Assembly (NCBI RefSeq): GCF_003334305.1
Contig: NZ_QOWS01000002.1
Length of the DNA: 64,000 bases
Reading direction: 5' to 3' (one strand)
Source: Escherichia coli
Lineage (GTDB): Bacteria; Pseudomonadota; Gammaproteobacteria; Enterobacterales; Enterobacteriaceae
In this document: positions 22,119 to 32,377 of the stretch, piece by piece
Layout: every line of letters starts with the position of its first letter
Numbering within the stretch: position 1 is the stretch's first letter
Program-made: the position numbers and the translations under genes
Notes under the pieces: generated by a model
Told to the model about the DNA's origin: nothing
The model's database searches: none
What the model saw: only the letters and a program-made list of their open reading frames with translations

Positions 22119-25100
22119 TTAATCGGTGTTGCTTTTTTCCGCTTTTCCGGCCATTTGTGCCAGGAAGTCATAGCGTTTTTGCAAATCAGCTGCAGCATCT
22201 TTCCATAACTGTTCTGCCACTTCTGGCTGCTGCGAATTCAGCCGACGGAAACGTTGCTCGTGAAGTAACGTTTCTTCCAGTGCTACTGACGGCGGGCGTG
22301 AATCCAGCGCCAGCGGCAGTTTGCCTTCATCGGCACGACGCGGATCGAAGCGATATAGCGGCCAGAAGCCGGTAGCTGTGAGTTGGCGCATCTGGTCGTG
22401 GCTGAGTGCCAGATCGTAACCATGCTCTTCACATGGGCTATAAGCGATGATCAGCGATGGCCCCGGATACGCTTCCGCTTCCTGAATCGCTTTCACCGTC
22501 TGGTTGAGCTGCGCGCCGAGAGAAATCTGCGCCACATAAACATGACCGTACATCATCATACTGACGCCAAGATCTTTACGCGCTTTACGTTTGCCGTGCT
22601 CGCCAAATTTAGTTACTGCACCCAGCGGTGTCGCTTTCGACGCCTGACCACCGGTGTTGGAATAGCATTGCGTATCCAGCACCAGAATGTTGACGTTTTC
22701 CGTCAAACTCAATACATGATCCAGACCGCCAAAGCCGATATCGTAAGCCCAGCCGTCGCCACCAATCAGCCAGATTGATTTTTCCACCAGTGCATCTGCG
22801 TCACGCAGCAGTTCATGTGCTTCGGCAACATCGTTGAGTTGCTGGCGTAAAGCTGCGACCTGTTCTCGACGAACCTCTGGCGTAGCGTCTGATTTCAACG
22901 CTGTCAGTAATTCCGCCGGGATTTTATCGGCAAATTGATCCAGCAGACGCAGCACGCGGACACGGTGTTGATCGACCGTCAGGCGGAAACCAAGGCCAAA
23001 TTCGGCATTATCTTCAAACAGAGAGTTCGCCCATGCCGGCCCACGACCGTTGGCATCGGTGGTATACGGTGTAGAGGGCAGGTTACCGCCATAAATTGAA
23101 GAACAGCCGGTGGCGTTAGCGATCAACATCCGGTCGCCATAGAGCTGAGTCAGCAATTTAATATACGGCGTCTCGCCACAACCGGAGCAAGCACCTGAAT
23201 ATTCAAACAGCGGTGTAATCAGCTGCGATGTACGAATATCAATACGTTCCAGTTTGCTACGGTCGATTTCTGGCAGGTTGAGGAAGAAATCGTAATTGAT
23301 TTTCTCTTCTTCGACATGTTCCAGGCGCGACATCATATTGATGGCTTTAATCTCTGGATTCTGACGGTCTTTCGCCGGGCAAACTTCGACGCACAGGTTA
23401 CAACCGGTGCAATCTTCCGGAGCCACCTGCAAGACATATTTCTGCCCGCGCATATCACGCGATTTCACATCCAGCGAATGCAGGCTGGCAGGGGCGTTTT
23501 CCATCGCTTCAGGCGGCACCACTTTTGCGCGAATAGCTGAGTGTGGGCAAGCGGCAACGCAGTGGTTACATTGGGTACAGAGTTCCTCTTTCCAGATGGG
23601 GATCTCTTCGGCGATATTGCGTTTTTCCCAGCGAGTGGTGCCCATCGGCCAGGTGCCGTCTGGCGGCAGCGCCGAAACGGGGAGGGCATCACCAAGCCCT
23701 GCGAGCATCGCTGCGGTTACGGTTTTCACGAAATCAGGGGCGGCATCGGAAACCACTGGCGGTCGATTGGCGCTGTGCGGATTTACCGGTTGCAACGGAA
23801 CTTCTTCTACGGATTCACGCGCCAGCGCCAGAGCCTGCCAGTTGCGTTCCACCAGATCCTGGCCTTTGCTACTGTAACTTTTGGCAATCGCACCCTGCAA
23901 TTCTGCGAGGGCGCTATCGCCAGGCAGAATTTGCGTCAGATGGAAAAAAGCCATCTGCATGACGGTATTAATACGGGCCGCCAGGCCACATTCGCGGGCG
24001 ATTTTCGCCGCGTTAATCACATAGAAGCGCGCTTTTTTCTGATTTAGCACGGCCTGAACTTCCTGCGGCAAGCGCGACCACACTTCATCTGCGCTGTACG
24101 GCGTGTTGAGCAGGAAAATGCCGCCAGGTTTTAAACGCTCAGCCATCTGATATTTATCGATAAACTGCAACTGGTGGCAGCCAACAAAATCAGCCTGGGA
24201 AATGAGATAAGCGGAACGAATCGGCTGTTCGCTCACGCGAAGGTGAGAAACCGTCAGGCCGCCCGCCTTTTTGGAGTCGTAAACAAAATAGCCCTGTGCG
24301 TACCACGGCGTGGAATTACCGATAATCTTGATATTGTTTTTGGTCGCGGAAACGCTGCCATCACTACCAAGGCCATAAAACAAGGCTTCCAGTTTCGCCG
24401 AGTTTGGCAGGGTGTTTTCCGGCAACGGCAGTGACAGATTGGTCACATCATCGTAAATACCAACCGTAAAGCGCGCTTTCGGTTTAGCCGCGTTGAGCTC
24501 GGCAAATACCGCCAGTACACAGTCCGGGCCAAATTCTTTGGATGAAAGACCATAGCGCCCACCAATGACACGGGGCAGAGTTTCGCGCTCGCCATTATTA
24601 AAGGCTTCTGCCAGTGCGGTCATTACATCCAGATAGAGCGGTTCTGCCTGGGCACCGGGTTCTTTGGTTCTGTCCAGTACCGCCACGCTGCGTACGGATC
24701 CCGGCAGAGCTTGCAGCAAGTGTTTGGCGGAGAAGGGACGGTACAGGCGAACTTTCAGCACGCCAACTTTTTCGCCACGGGTTAGCAATTCATCAACCAC
24801 TTCTTCACAGGTGCCAATGGCAGAGCCCATCAGGATAATCACCCGTTCCGCTTGCGGATGCCCGTAATATTCAAACGGCTGATACTGACGACCTGTCGCG
24901 GCAGAGAAATCATTCATCGCCTGTTCAACATGGTCATAGACCGCGTCGTACCATGGGTTGGTGGCTTCGCGAGACTGGAAATAAGTGTCAGGATTGGCGG
25001 ACGTACCGCGGATCACCGGATGTTCCGGGTTGAGCGCCCGGGCGCGATGAGCATCAATTTCGGCCTGCGGCATGAGATCAAGAATAGTGTCATCGGCCAG

Positions 25101-25643
25101 CGGGACAATTTTATTGATTTCGTGGGACGTGCGGAAACCATCAAAGAAATGAATAAATGGCACGCGGCTCTTCAGCGTTGCGATGTGCGAAATGAGAGCA
25201 AAATCTTGCGCTTCCTGGACGTTAGCCGCACACAACATCGCGCAACCCGTCTGGCGCACCGCCATAACGTCGGAATGATCGCCAAAAATAGAAAGTGCAT
25301 GTGTGGCAACGGTACGTGCCGCTACATGCAGGACAAATGGCGTCAGTTCGCCTGCCAGTTTGTACAGCGTCGGGATCATCAGCAGCAAACCCTGCGATGA
25401 CGTAAACGATGTTGAAAGGGCACCCGTCTGCAAAGCGCCATGCACGGTAGCGATAGCACCCGCTTCCGACTGCATTTCAACTACGCGTGGTGTGTCTCCC
25501 CAAACGTTCTTTAAGCCGTTTCCGGCCCAGGCATCAGCCTGTTCTGCCATCGTGGAACTGGGGGTAATAGGGTAGATGGCGATAACTTCACTGGTGCGAA
25601 ATGCGACCGAAGCAACCGCGCCATTACCGTCAATAGTAATCAT
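22119..25643 (-). CDS. ydbK: pyruvate:flavodoxin/ferredoxin oxidoreductase
   Basis: 1174-aa ORF with two 4Fe-4S ferredoxin CxxCxxCxxxCP motifs and TPP-binding region. Confidence 0.9.
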   Translation of the reverse strand: MITIDGNGAVASVAFRTSEVIAIYPITPSSTMAEQADAWAGNGLKNVWGDTPRVVEMQSEAGAIATVHGALQTGALSTSFTSSQGLLLMIPTLYKLAGELTPFVLHVAARTVATHALSIFGDHSDVMAVRQTGCAMLCAANVQEAQDFALISHIATLKSRVPFIHFFDGFRTSHEINKIVPLADDTILDLMPQAEIDAHRARALNPEHPVIRGTSANPDTYFQSREATNPWYDAVYDHVEQAMNDFSAATGRQYQPFEYYGHPQAERVIILMGSAIGTCEEVVDELLTRGEKVGVLKVRLYRPFSAKHLLQALPGSVRSVAVLDRTKEPGAQAEPLYLDVMTALAEAFNNGERETLPRVIGGRYGLSSKEFGPDCVLAVFAELNAAKPKARFTVGIYDDVTNLSLPLPENTLPNSAKLEALFYGLGSDGSVSATKNNIKIIGNSTPWYAQGYFVYDSKKAGGLTVSHLRVSEQPIRSAYLISQADFVGCHQLQFIDKYQMAERLKPGGIFLLNTPYSADEVWSRLPQEVQAVLNQKKARFYVINAAKIARECGLAARINTVMQMAFFHLTQILPGDSALAELQGAIAKSYSSKGQDLVERNWQALALARESVEEVPLQPVNPHSANRPPVVSDAAPDFVKTVTAAMLAGLGDALPVSALPPDGTWPMGTTRWEKRNIAEEIPIWKEELCTQCNHCVAACPHSAIRAKVVPPEAMENAPASLHSLDVKSRDMRGQKYVLQVAPEDCTGCNLCVEVCPAKDRQNPEIKAINMMSRLEHVEEEKINYDFFLNLPEIDRSKLERIDIRTSQLITPLFEYSGACSGCGETPYIKLLTQLYGDRMLIANATGCSSIYGGNLPSTPYTTDANGRGPAWANSLFEDNAEFGLGFRLTVDQHRVRVLRLLDQFADKIPAELLTALKSDATPEVRREQVAALRQQLNDVAEAHELLRDADALVEKSIWLIGGDGWAYDIGFGGLDHVLSLTENVNILVLDTQCYSNTGGQASKATPLGAVTKFGEHGKRKARKDLGVSMMMYGHVYVAQISLGAQLNQTVKAIQEAEAYPGPSLIIAYSPCEEHGYDLALSHDQMRQLTATGFWPLYRFDPRRADEGKLPLALDSRPPSVALEETLLHEQRFRRLNSQQPEVAEQLWKDAAADLQKRYDFLAQMAGKAEKSNTD

Positions 25644-25916
25644 ATGACACCCTTACATTGCGCAAATGAGGGGCGCACGAAATTGCTGCGCGCCCAGTAG
25701 TAATCTTTCAATTTTAGCAAATGGCTTTCTTCTGCATTTTCGCTTTTGTGTCCCCCACATCAGCGTAATGAATGTTTTGATCAAACAGAGGGCAAAAAAA
25801 TAGCCATAAAAAAGTAAAAATGCGGGGCAACGCGCAGGACAGCTCTCGACGCCGCCCTCTGTGCTGCCTATTATTTATGGCGGTGTCGTTTGGCTTGAAG
25901 ATCAGAGGAAGAAAAG

Positions 25917-26183
25917 ATGCGAGCAGCGTTTTGGGTAGGGTGTGCCGCTTTATTGTTGTCGGCGTGTAGTAGTGAGCCTGTTCAGCAGGCGACTGCGGCG
26001 CACGTAGCGCCAGGTTTAAAAGCGTCGATGTCCAGTAGTGGAGAAGCAAATTGTGCAATGATCGGCGGTTCGCTTTCTGTTGCCCGTCAACTGGATGGTA
26101 CGGCGATTGGGATGTGTGCATTACCCAACGGCAAACGCTGTAGTGAACAGTCACTTGCCGCCGGGAGCTGTGGCAGCTATTAA
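25917..26183 (+). CDS. ydbJ: DUF333 lipoprotein YdbJ
   Basis: 88-aa ORF with lipobox (LLSAC). Confidence 0.7.
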   Translation: MRAAFWVGCAALLLSACSSEPVQQATAAHVAPGLKASMSSSGEANCAMIGGSLSVARQLDGTAIGMCALPNGKRCSEQSLAAGSCGSY

Positions 26184-26602
26184 TTCATTAAATCCGCCAG
26201 CTTATAAGTTAATGTCTGTTTCGCGGTCGCCAGCGTTAACTGGTTCGCGGTCAGATCCACTTGTGCACCTTCTTTCAGCATTTCGCTAATGGTGTTATCG
26301 AGTTCATTAAGCTGCGGGTTAGCGCACATCATACGGGTCATTGCCAGCCCTTTGGCTGTCAGTTCACCATTAGACAGTTTGCCTTCACCGCTAAAGCGGT
26401 TACACATGCTGCCGGAAATCATCATTTTTTCACCAAAGCTGATTTCTGGCGGATTTTTATCGCTGGTCACGGGCTTACCGTTTACGCTTTCCAGCACAAA
26501 GCGATGATGCTGTAACTGTTCTGGCGTTACAGCAATTTTGTCACTACTTACACATCCCGCCATCAGCAGGCTTAGCGCAACAAGCGCGGCTACTTTCTTC
26601 AT
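26180..26602 (-). CDS. hslJ: heat-inducible lipoprotein HslJ
   Basis: Track ORF 26180-26614; start trimmed to MKKVAALVALSLLMAGC; convergent 4-bp overlap with ydbJ. Confidence 0.85.
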   Translation of the reverse strand: MKKVAALVALSLLMAGCVSSDKIAVTPEQLQHHRFVLESVNGKPVTSDKNPPEISFGEKMMISGSMCNRFSGEGKLSNGELTAKGLAMTRMMCANPQLNELDNTISEMLKEGAQVDLTANQLTLATAKQTLTYKLADLMN

Positions 26603-26682
26603 TGTGGTTCTCAATTACAGTTTCTGACTCAGGGCTATTTTAAGAATAGAGGATGAAAGGTCTTTGGGGATTATCTGAATAA

Positions 26683-26705
26683 GCTCCCCTGGAATGCAGG
26701 GGAGC
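26683..26705 (-). terminator. stem-loop downstream of ldhA (weak terminator candidate)
   Basis: GCTCCCCTG-GAATG-CAGGGGAGC hairpin; flanking U-run is poor. Confidence 0.35.
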
Positions 26706-26712
26706 GGCAAGA

Positions 26713-27702
26713 TTAAACCAGTTCGTTCGGGCAGGTTTCGCCTTTTTCCAGATTGCTTAAGTTTTGCAGCGTAGTCTGAGAAATACTGGTCAGAGCTTCT
26801 GCTGTCAGGAATGCCTGATGCCCGGTAAACAGCACGTTGTGGCAGGCAGACAGGCGACGGAATACGTCATCCTGAATTACGTCGTTGGATTTATCTTCAA
26901 AGAACAGATCGCGTTCGTTCTCATATACGTCCATACCCAACGAACCAATTTTCTGATTTTTCAGCGCTTCAATTGCCGCCTGAGAATCAATCAATGCACC
27001 GCGACTGGTATTGACGATCATCACGCCATTTTTCATCTGATCGAAGGCGGCTTCGTTCAACAGATGGTAGTTTTCCGGTGTCAGCGGGCAGTGCAGAGAG
27101 ATAACGTCTGATTCAGAGAACAGGGTTGGCAGATCGACATACTCCACACCGAGTTCCAGCGCCGCCGCACTTGGATACGGATCGAACGCCAGCAGACGCA
27201 TACCAAAACCTTTCAGAATGCGCAGCATCGCCACACCGATTTTACCGGTACCGATAACGCCTGCCGTTTTGCCATACATAGTAAAGCCGGTCAGACCTTC
27301 CAGAGAGAAGTTAGCGTCACGGGTACGCTGATACGCGCGGTGAATACGGCGGTTCAGCGTCATCATCATACCGATGGCGTGTTCAGCAACGGCCTCTGGA
27401 TCATAGGCTGGAACACGGACTACTTTCAGCCCCAGTTCTTTTGCCGCGTCAAGGTCGACGTTATTGAAACCGGCACAGCGCAGGGCGATATATTTAACGC
27501 CGTGCTTTTTCAGCTCTTCCAGCACCGGGCGGCTGCCGTCATCGTTTACGAAAATACATACCGCTTCGCAGCCATTGGCAGTTTTAGCGGTTTTTTCCGT
27601 CAGCAGAAAGTCAAAAAATTCCAGCTCAAAGCCAAAGGACTCGTTCACCTGTTGCAGGTACTTCTTGTCGTACTGTTTTGTGCTATAAACGGCGAGTTTC
27701 AT
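26713..27702 (-). CDS. ldhA: fermentative D-lactate dehydrogenase
   Basis: 329-aa ORF, 2-hydroxyacid dehydrogenase with GxGxxG NAD site. Confidence 0.95.
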   Translation of the reverse strand: MKLAVYSTKQYDKKYLQQVNESFGFELEFFDFLLTEKTAKTANGCEAVCIFVNDDGSRPVLEELKKHGVKYIALRCAGFNNVDLDAAKELGLKVVRVPAYDPEAVAEHAIGMMMTLNRRIHRAYQRTRDANFSLEGLTGFTMYGKTAGVIGTGKIGVAMLRILKGFGMRLLAFDPYPSAAALELGVEYVDLPTLFSESDVISLHCPLTPENYHLLNEAAFDQMKNGVMIVNTSRGALIDSQAAIEALKNQKIGSLGMDVYENERDLFFEDKSNDVIQDDVFRRLSACHNVLFTGHQAFLTAEALTSISQTTLQNLSNLEKGETCPNELV

Positions 27703-27909
27703 AAGACTTTCTCCAGTGATGTTGAATCACATTTAAGCTACTAAAAATATTTTACAAAATTTCAAATATAATTGAAAGCTATGGCGATATTGAAAAATTC
27801 ATCAACAACTATGCTTAGTGTAGGCGCAACCTTCAACTGAACGGTTAAACATGCCACAATACCCGTATTGAATGCTTAATTTTTCGCTAAATCAGGATAT
27901 TAACTACCC

Positions 27910-30549
27910 ATGCTGGGTAAATATAAAGCCGTTCTCGCGCTGTTATTACTGATTATTCTTGTGCCGTTGACGCTGCTGATGACGCTCGGGCTGTGGGTTC
28001 CCACGCTGGCGGGCATCTGGCTACCGCTCGGGACACGTATTGCATTAGATGAAAGCCCACGCATTACGCGTAAAGGTTTAATCATTCCCGATCTCCGTTA
28101 TCTGGTGGGAGATTGTCAGCTTGCGCATATCACCAACGCCAGCCTTTCACATCCCAGCCGCTGGTTATTGAACGTCGGCATGGTAGAACTTGATTCTGCT
28201 TGTCTGGCGAAATTGCCGCAGACGGAGCAATCGCCAGCTGCTCCAAAAACCCTCGCGCAGTGGCAGTCCATGCTGCCTAACACCTGGATCAATATCGATA
28301 AACTGATTTTTTCTCCCTGGCAGGAATGGCAGGGAAAACTCTCTCTCGCATTAACCTCTGATATCCAGCAACTGCGTTATCAGGGCGAAAAAGTTAAATT
28401 TCAAGGCCAGCTGAAAGGGCAACAACTTACAGTCAGCGAACTGGATGTCGTCGCGTTTGAAAATCAGCCGCCGGTTAAACTGGTGGGGGAATTTACTATG
28501 CCGCTCGTGCCGGATGGACTTCCTGTAAGTGGGCATGCTACTGCGACGTTAAACTTGCCGCAGGAACCGTCACTGGTGGATGCAGAGCTGGACTGGCAGG
28601 AAAATAGCGGGCAATTGATTGTGCTGGCACGGGATAACGGCGATCCGTTGCTCGATTTGCCGTGGCAAATTACTCGTCAACAATTGACCGTAAGCGATGG
28701 TCGCTGGAGCTGGCCGTATGCAGGTTTTCCTTTGAGTGGCCGACTGGGTGTCAAAGTCGACAACTGGCAGGCAGGGCTCGAGAACGCTCTGGTCAGCGGG
28801 CGACTGAGTGTGCTGACCCAGGGGCAAGCGGGTAAAGGCAACGCGGTGCTTAATTTTGGTCCAGGAAAATTAAGCATGGAAAAAAGTCAGATGCCACTGC
28901 AACTGACCGGTGAAGCGAAACAGGCGGACCTCATTTTATATGCCCGCTTACCCGCGCAGCTAAGTGGAAGTCTGACTGACCCAACGCTGGCCTTTGAGCC
29001 CGGCGCGTTATTACGTTCGAAGGGAAGAGTCATCGATTCGCTGGACATCGATGAAATCCGCTGGCCTTTAGCGGGTGTAAAAGTCACCCAACGTGGTGTT
29101 GACGGACGTTTGCAGGCCATTTTGCAGGCGCATGAAAATGAACTGGGCGATTTCGTGCTGCATATGGATGGGCTGGCGAATGATTTTCTCCCTGACGCTG
29201 GCCGCTGGCAGTGGCGCTACTGGGGAAAAGGCAGTTTTACACCGATGAATGCCACCTGGGATGTTGCAGGAAAAGGTGAGTGGCATGACAGCACGATTAC
29301 GCTGACCGATCTCTCCACCGGTTTCGACCAGTTACAATACGGTACGATGACGGTAGAAAAGCCGCGATTAATTCTCGACAAGCCCGTCGTCTGGGTACGT
29401 GACGCACAGCATCCCTCCTTCAGCGGCGCGCTGTCACTGGACGCCGGGCAAACGCTGTTCACTGGCGGCAGTGTGTTACCGCCATCAACCTTAAAATTTA
29501 GCGTCGATGGGCGCGATCCGACGTATTTCCTCTTTAAAGGCGATTTACATGCTGGTGAGATTGGCCCGGTTCGGGTAAATGGTCGCTGGGACGGTATTCG
29601 TCTGCGCGGTAACGCCTGGTGGCCAAAACAATCACTGACTGTATTCCAGCCGCTGGTGCCACCCGACTGGAAGATGAACTTACGCGATGGTGAACTGTAT
29701 GCTCAGGTTGCATTTTCTGCTGCGCCTGAACAAGGATTCCGCGCGGGAGGACACGGCGTGTTGAAAGGCGGTAGTGCCTGGATGCCAGATAATCAGGTTA
29801 ACGGTGTCGATTTTGTCCTGCCTTTCCGTTTTGCCGATGGAGCCTGGCATCTGGGGACTCGCGGCCCCGTTACGTTGCGAATTGCCGAAGTGATTAATCT
29901 GGTGACAGCGAAAAATATTACGGCTGATTTGCAAGGGCGTTATCCGTGGACTGAAGAAGAACCCTTGCTGTTGACTGATGTTAGCGTCGATGTGTTAGGC
30001 GGTAACGTACTGATGAAACAATTACGTATGCCGCAACATGACCCGGCGCTGTTGCGGCTGAATAATCTCTCATCCAGCGAACTGGTTAGCGCCGTCAATC
30101 CGAAACAATTCGCCATGTCCGGGGCATTTAGTGGTGCATTGCCGTTATGGCTAAACAACGAAAAATGGATAGTGAAAGATGGTTGGCTGGCAAATAGCGG
30201 GCCAATGACCTTGCGGCTGGATAAAGACACCGCAGATGCGGTGGTGAAAGACAATATGACTGCGGGTTCAGCAATTAACTGGTTGCGCTATATGGAAATT
30301 AGCCGGTCATCGACAAAAATTAACTTAGATAATCTCGGTTTATTAACCATGCAGGCCAACATTACAGGTACCAGTCGCGTTGATGGTAAAAGCGGTACGG
30401 TAAACCTTAATTACTATCATGAAGAGAATATTTTTACGCTGTGGCGCAGTTTACGCTTTGGCGATAATCTCCAGGCATGGTTGGAGCAGAACGCACGTCT
30501 GCCGGGAAATGACTGTCCGCAAGGAAAAGAGTGTGAGGAAAAACAATGA
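27910..30549 (+). CDS. ydbH: AsmA-family envelope protein YdbH
   Basis: 879-aa ORF, N-terminal TM anchor, beta-rich periplasmic body. Confidence 0.9.
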   Translation: MLGKYKAVLALLLLIILVPLTLLMTLGLWVPTLAGIWLPLGTRIALDESPRITRKGLIIPDLRYLVGDCQLAHITNASLSHPSRWLLNVGMVELDSACLAKLPQTEQSPAAPKTLAQWQSMLPNTWINIDKLIFSPWQEWQGKLSLALTSDIQQLRYQGEKVKFQGQLKGQQLTVSELDVVAFENQPPVKLVGEFTMPLVPDGLPVSGHATATLNLPQEPSLVDAELDWQENSGQLIVLARDNGDPLLDLPWQITRQQLTVSDGRWSWPYAGFPLSGRLGVKVDNWQAGLENALVSGRLSVLTQGQAGKGNAVLNFGPGKLSMEKSQMPLQLTGEAKQADLILYARLPAQLSGSLTDPTLAFEPGALLRSKGRVIDSLDIDEIRWPLAGVKVTQRGVDGRLQAILQAHENELGDFVLHMDGLANDFLPDAGRWQWRYWGKGSFTPMNATWDVAGKGEWHDSTITLTDLSTGFDQLQYGTMTVEKPRLILDKPVVWVRDAQHPSFSGALSLDAGQTLFTGGSVLPPSTLKFSVDGRDPTYFLFKGDLHAGEIGPVRVNGRWDGIRLRGNAWWPKQSLTVFQPLVPPDWKMNLRDGELYAQVAFSAAPEQGFRAGGHGVLKGGSAWMPDNQVNGVDFVLPFRFADGAWHLGTRGPVTLRIAEVINLVTAKNITADLQGRYPWTEEEPLLLTDVSVDVLGGNVLMKQLRMPQHDPALLRLNNLSSSELVSAVNPKQFAMSGAFSGALPLWLNNEKWIVKDGWLANSGPMTLRLDKDTADAVVKDNMTAGSAINWLRYMEISRSSTKINLDNLGLLTMQANITGTSRVDGKSGTVNLNYYHEENIFTLWRSLRFGDNLQAWLEQNARLPGNDCPQGKECEEKQ

Positions 30550-30731
30550 AAATTTTACTGGCTGCGTTGACGTCATCTTTTATGCTGGCTGCCTGTACGC
30601 CGCGTATTGAAGTCGCTGCGCCCAAGGAACCGATCACTATCAATATGAACGTTAAAATTGAGCATGAGATCATCATCAAGGCAGACAAAGATGTCGAAGA
30701 GCTGCTTGAAACTCGTAGCGATCTTTTCTGA
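30546..30731 (+). CDS. ynbE: small lipoprotein YnbE
   Basis: 61-aa ORF with lipobox (MLAAC); start overlaps ydbH stop by 4 nt. Confidence 0.8.
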   Translation: MKILLAALTSSFMLAACTPRIEVAAPKEPITINMNVKIEHEIIIKADKDVEELLETRSDLF

Positions 30732-30738
30732 GGCGATG

Positions 30739-31065
30739 ATGAAGAAAACATTACTTCTTTGTGCGTTTCTTGTTGGGCTGGTAAGCAGCAATGTAATGGC
30801 ATTGACTCTGGATGAAGCCAGAACTCAGGGGCGGGTAGGTGAAACATTTTATGGTTATCTGGTTGCGCTGAAAACGGATGCTGAAACAGAGAAATTAGTA
30901 ACCGACATTAATGCCGAACGTAAAGCGAGTTACCAACAACTGGCAAAGCAAAATAATGTGTCTGTAGATGATATCGCGAAACTCGCCGGGCAAAAGCTCG
31001 TAGCTCGGGCCAAACCGGGGGAATATGTACAAGGGATAAACGGTAAATGGGTGCGAAAATTTTAA
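30739..31065 (+). CDS. ydbL: periplasmic DUF1318 protein YdbL
   Basis: Track ORF 30658-31065; start trimmed to the ATG pair at 30736/30739 just after the ynbE stop; signal peptide. Confidence 0.75.
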   Translation: MKKTLLLCAFLVGLVSSNVMALTLDEARTQGRVGETFYGYLVALKTDAETEKLVTDINAERKASYQQLAKQNNVSVDDIAKLAGQKLVARAKPGEYVQGINGKWVRKF

Positions 31066-31236
31066 TAGCAAAACCGCAATATCGGGATAACGCTACAGGA
31101 GAAAGCGATTGATCTATTTTCCTGAAACAAGGTGAATATTCAAAAACTCCTGTCAAATTGCCTTTCGCCCTGAAAAATGCATAGTCAAATATCTGTTTTA
31201 ACTAATTGGCGTTGCAGTACACACAACGCCAATTAG

Positions 31237-32142
31237 TTAGCGGAATTTACGTCGATACTCGCCTGGCGTCATCCCAAAGCGTTGCTTAAATACCGTTGAA
31301 AAATGACTCTGGTCAGAAAATCCCCAATGAAAGCCGATGCCTGCCAGTTTTTCATCATCTGCGGCATGGCGAATCGCATCTGCACAAAAATCGAGACGAC
31401 GGTTACGAATATATTGCGCGACTACCAAACCTTTATCGGCAAACATTCGGTACAAACTACGTACTGACATACCTGTCTCTCCGGCTATCCACTCCGGGCG
31501 TAATATCTCTTCGCGAATATTATCGTCTATCAACGTAACCACTTTTTGAAACTGACGTTCACGACGAGGTTGAACAGATTCCCGCTGATGAAGTACCGGG
31601 CGCAGCAGACACACCATCGCCTGTAGCGCAGCTTCACTTTCTGTTTCAGAAAGTGCCGGATTATTCATGCTCTCCTGTAACAGGCGATGACTGAGTTGCA
31701 CCATGGGTAAGTCAGCGTCCAGTCTTTCTGCGCAGACAGGTTTTTGATGGGGAAAATATTGTTCCAGCAGAGTGCGTGGCAAAAGTAATGAAATCTGTTT
31801 AGAAGACTCCTGCCAGTAAAGCGAACAGGGGCGTGAGGCATCGAGTAACGTAATATCGCCAGCGCCAATCTGCACCTGACGCTCATCCTGCTCCATTATT
31901 GCCTGACCACTAAGCTGAAAAACGGTGTAAAACCAGGCATCGTCGCTGCCTTTTACCTCCTGCCAGGTGCGGGATAAATTCACCCCGCTGGTTGTCACGG
32001 TACTCAGCTTTAGTCCTTTGGCAAAATGCGTGTCCAGTACACCCGTGTAACGCTCAGTCAGCAGGCGTCCGGTAAAATTTCCGCATACCTGATTGATTTG
32101 GGAAAGCCATTGCTGAAACTCATTATCCATTGCGGGGTTCAT
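31237..32142 (-). CDS. feaR: AraC-family activator of feaB/tynA
   Basis: 301-aa ORF with C-terminal AraC HTH. Confidence 0.9.
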   Translation of the reverse strand: MNPAMDNEFQQWLSQINQVCGNFTGRLLTERYTGVLDTHFAKGLKLSTVTTSGVNLSRTWQEVKGSDDAWFYTVFQLSGQAIMEQDERQVQIGAGDITLLDASRPCSLYWQESSKQISLLLPRTLLEQYFPHQKPVCAERLDADLPMVQLSHRLLQESMNNPALSETESEAALQAMVCLLRPVLHQRESVQPRRERQFQKVVTLIDDNIREEILRPEWIAGETGMSVRSLYRMFADKGLVVAQYIRNRRLDFCADAIRHAADDEKLAGIGFHWGFSDQSHFSTVFKQRFGMTPGEYRRKFR

Positions 32143-32377
32143 GGCACGTTTTCGCTCTGTGAAATGTATTTTTATTGTTGCATTTGTGTTGCAATAAACG
32201 AAGCTAATGAGCCTGACTATAGGAAATAAGTCTTGTCAGGCATAGAGACATAAGCGGTTATTGTCACGATTTGCGGAGCTTGTCACAGCTGACAAAGCGA
32301 ATGTCACAGCGAAAAAAGTGACTTTTCTTGTCGCTGCGTACACTGAAATCACACTGGGTAAATAATAAGGAAAAGTG

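Noticed and set aside
22157-25575. Many 60-180-aa ORFs on the plus strand inside ydbK (e.g. 23541-24047, 24852-25400)
   Set aside because: They lie entirely antisense within a long, well-supported coding gene and have no RBS or recognisable domains; typical shadow ORFs.
25714-26154. 146-aa minus-strand ORF upstream of ydbK, overlapping ydbJ
   Set aside because: Overlaps the ydbJ lipoprotein gene on the opposite strand and the ydbK promoter region; no supporting features.
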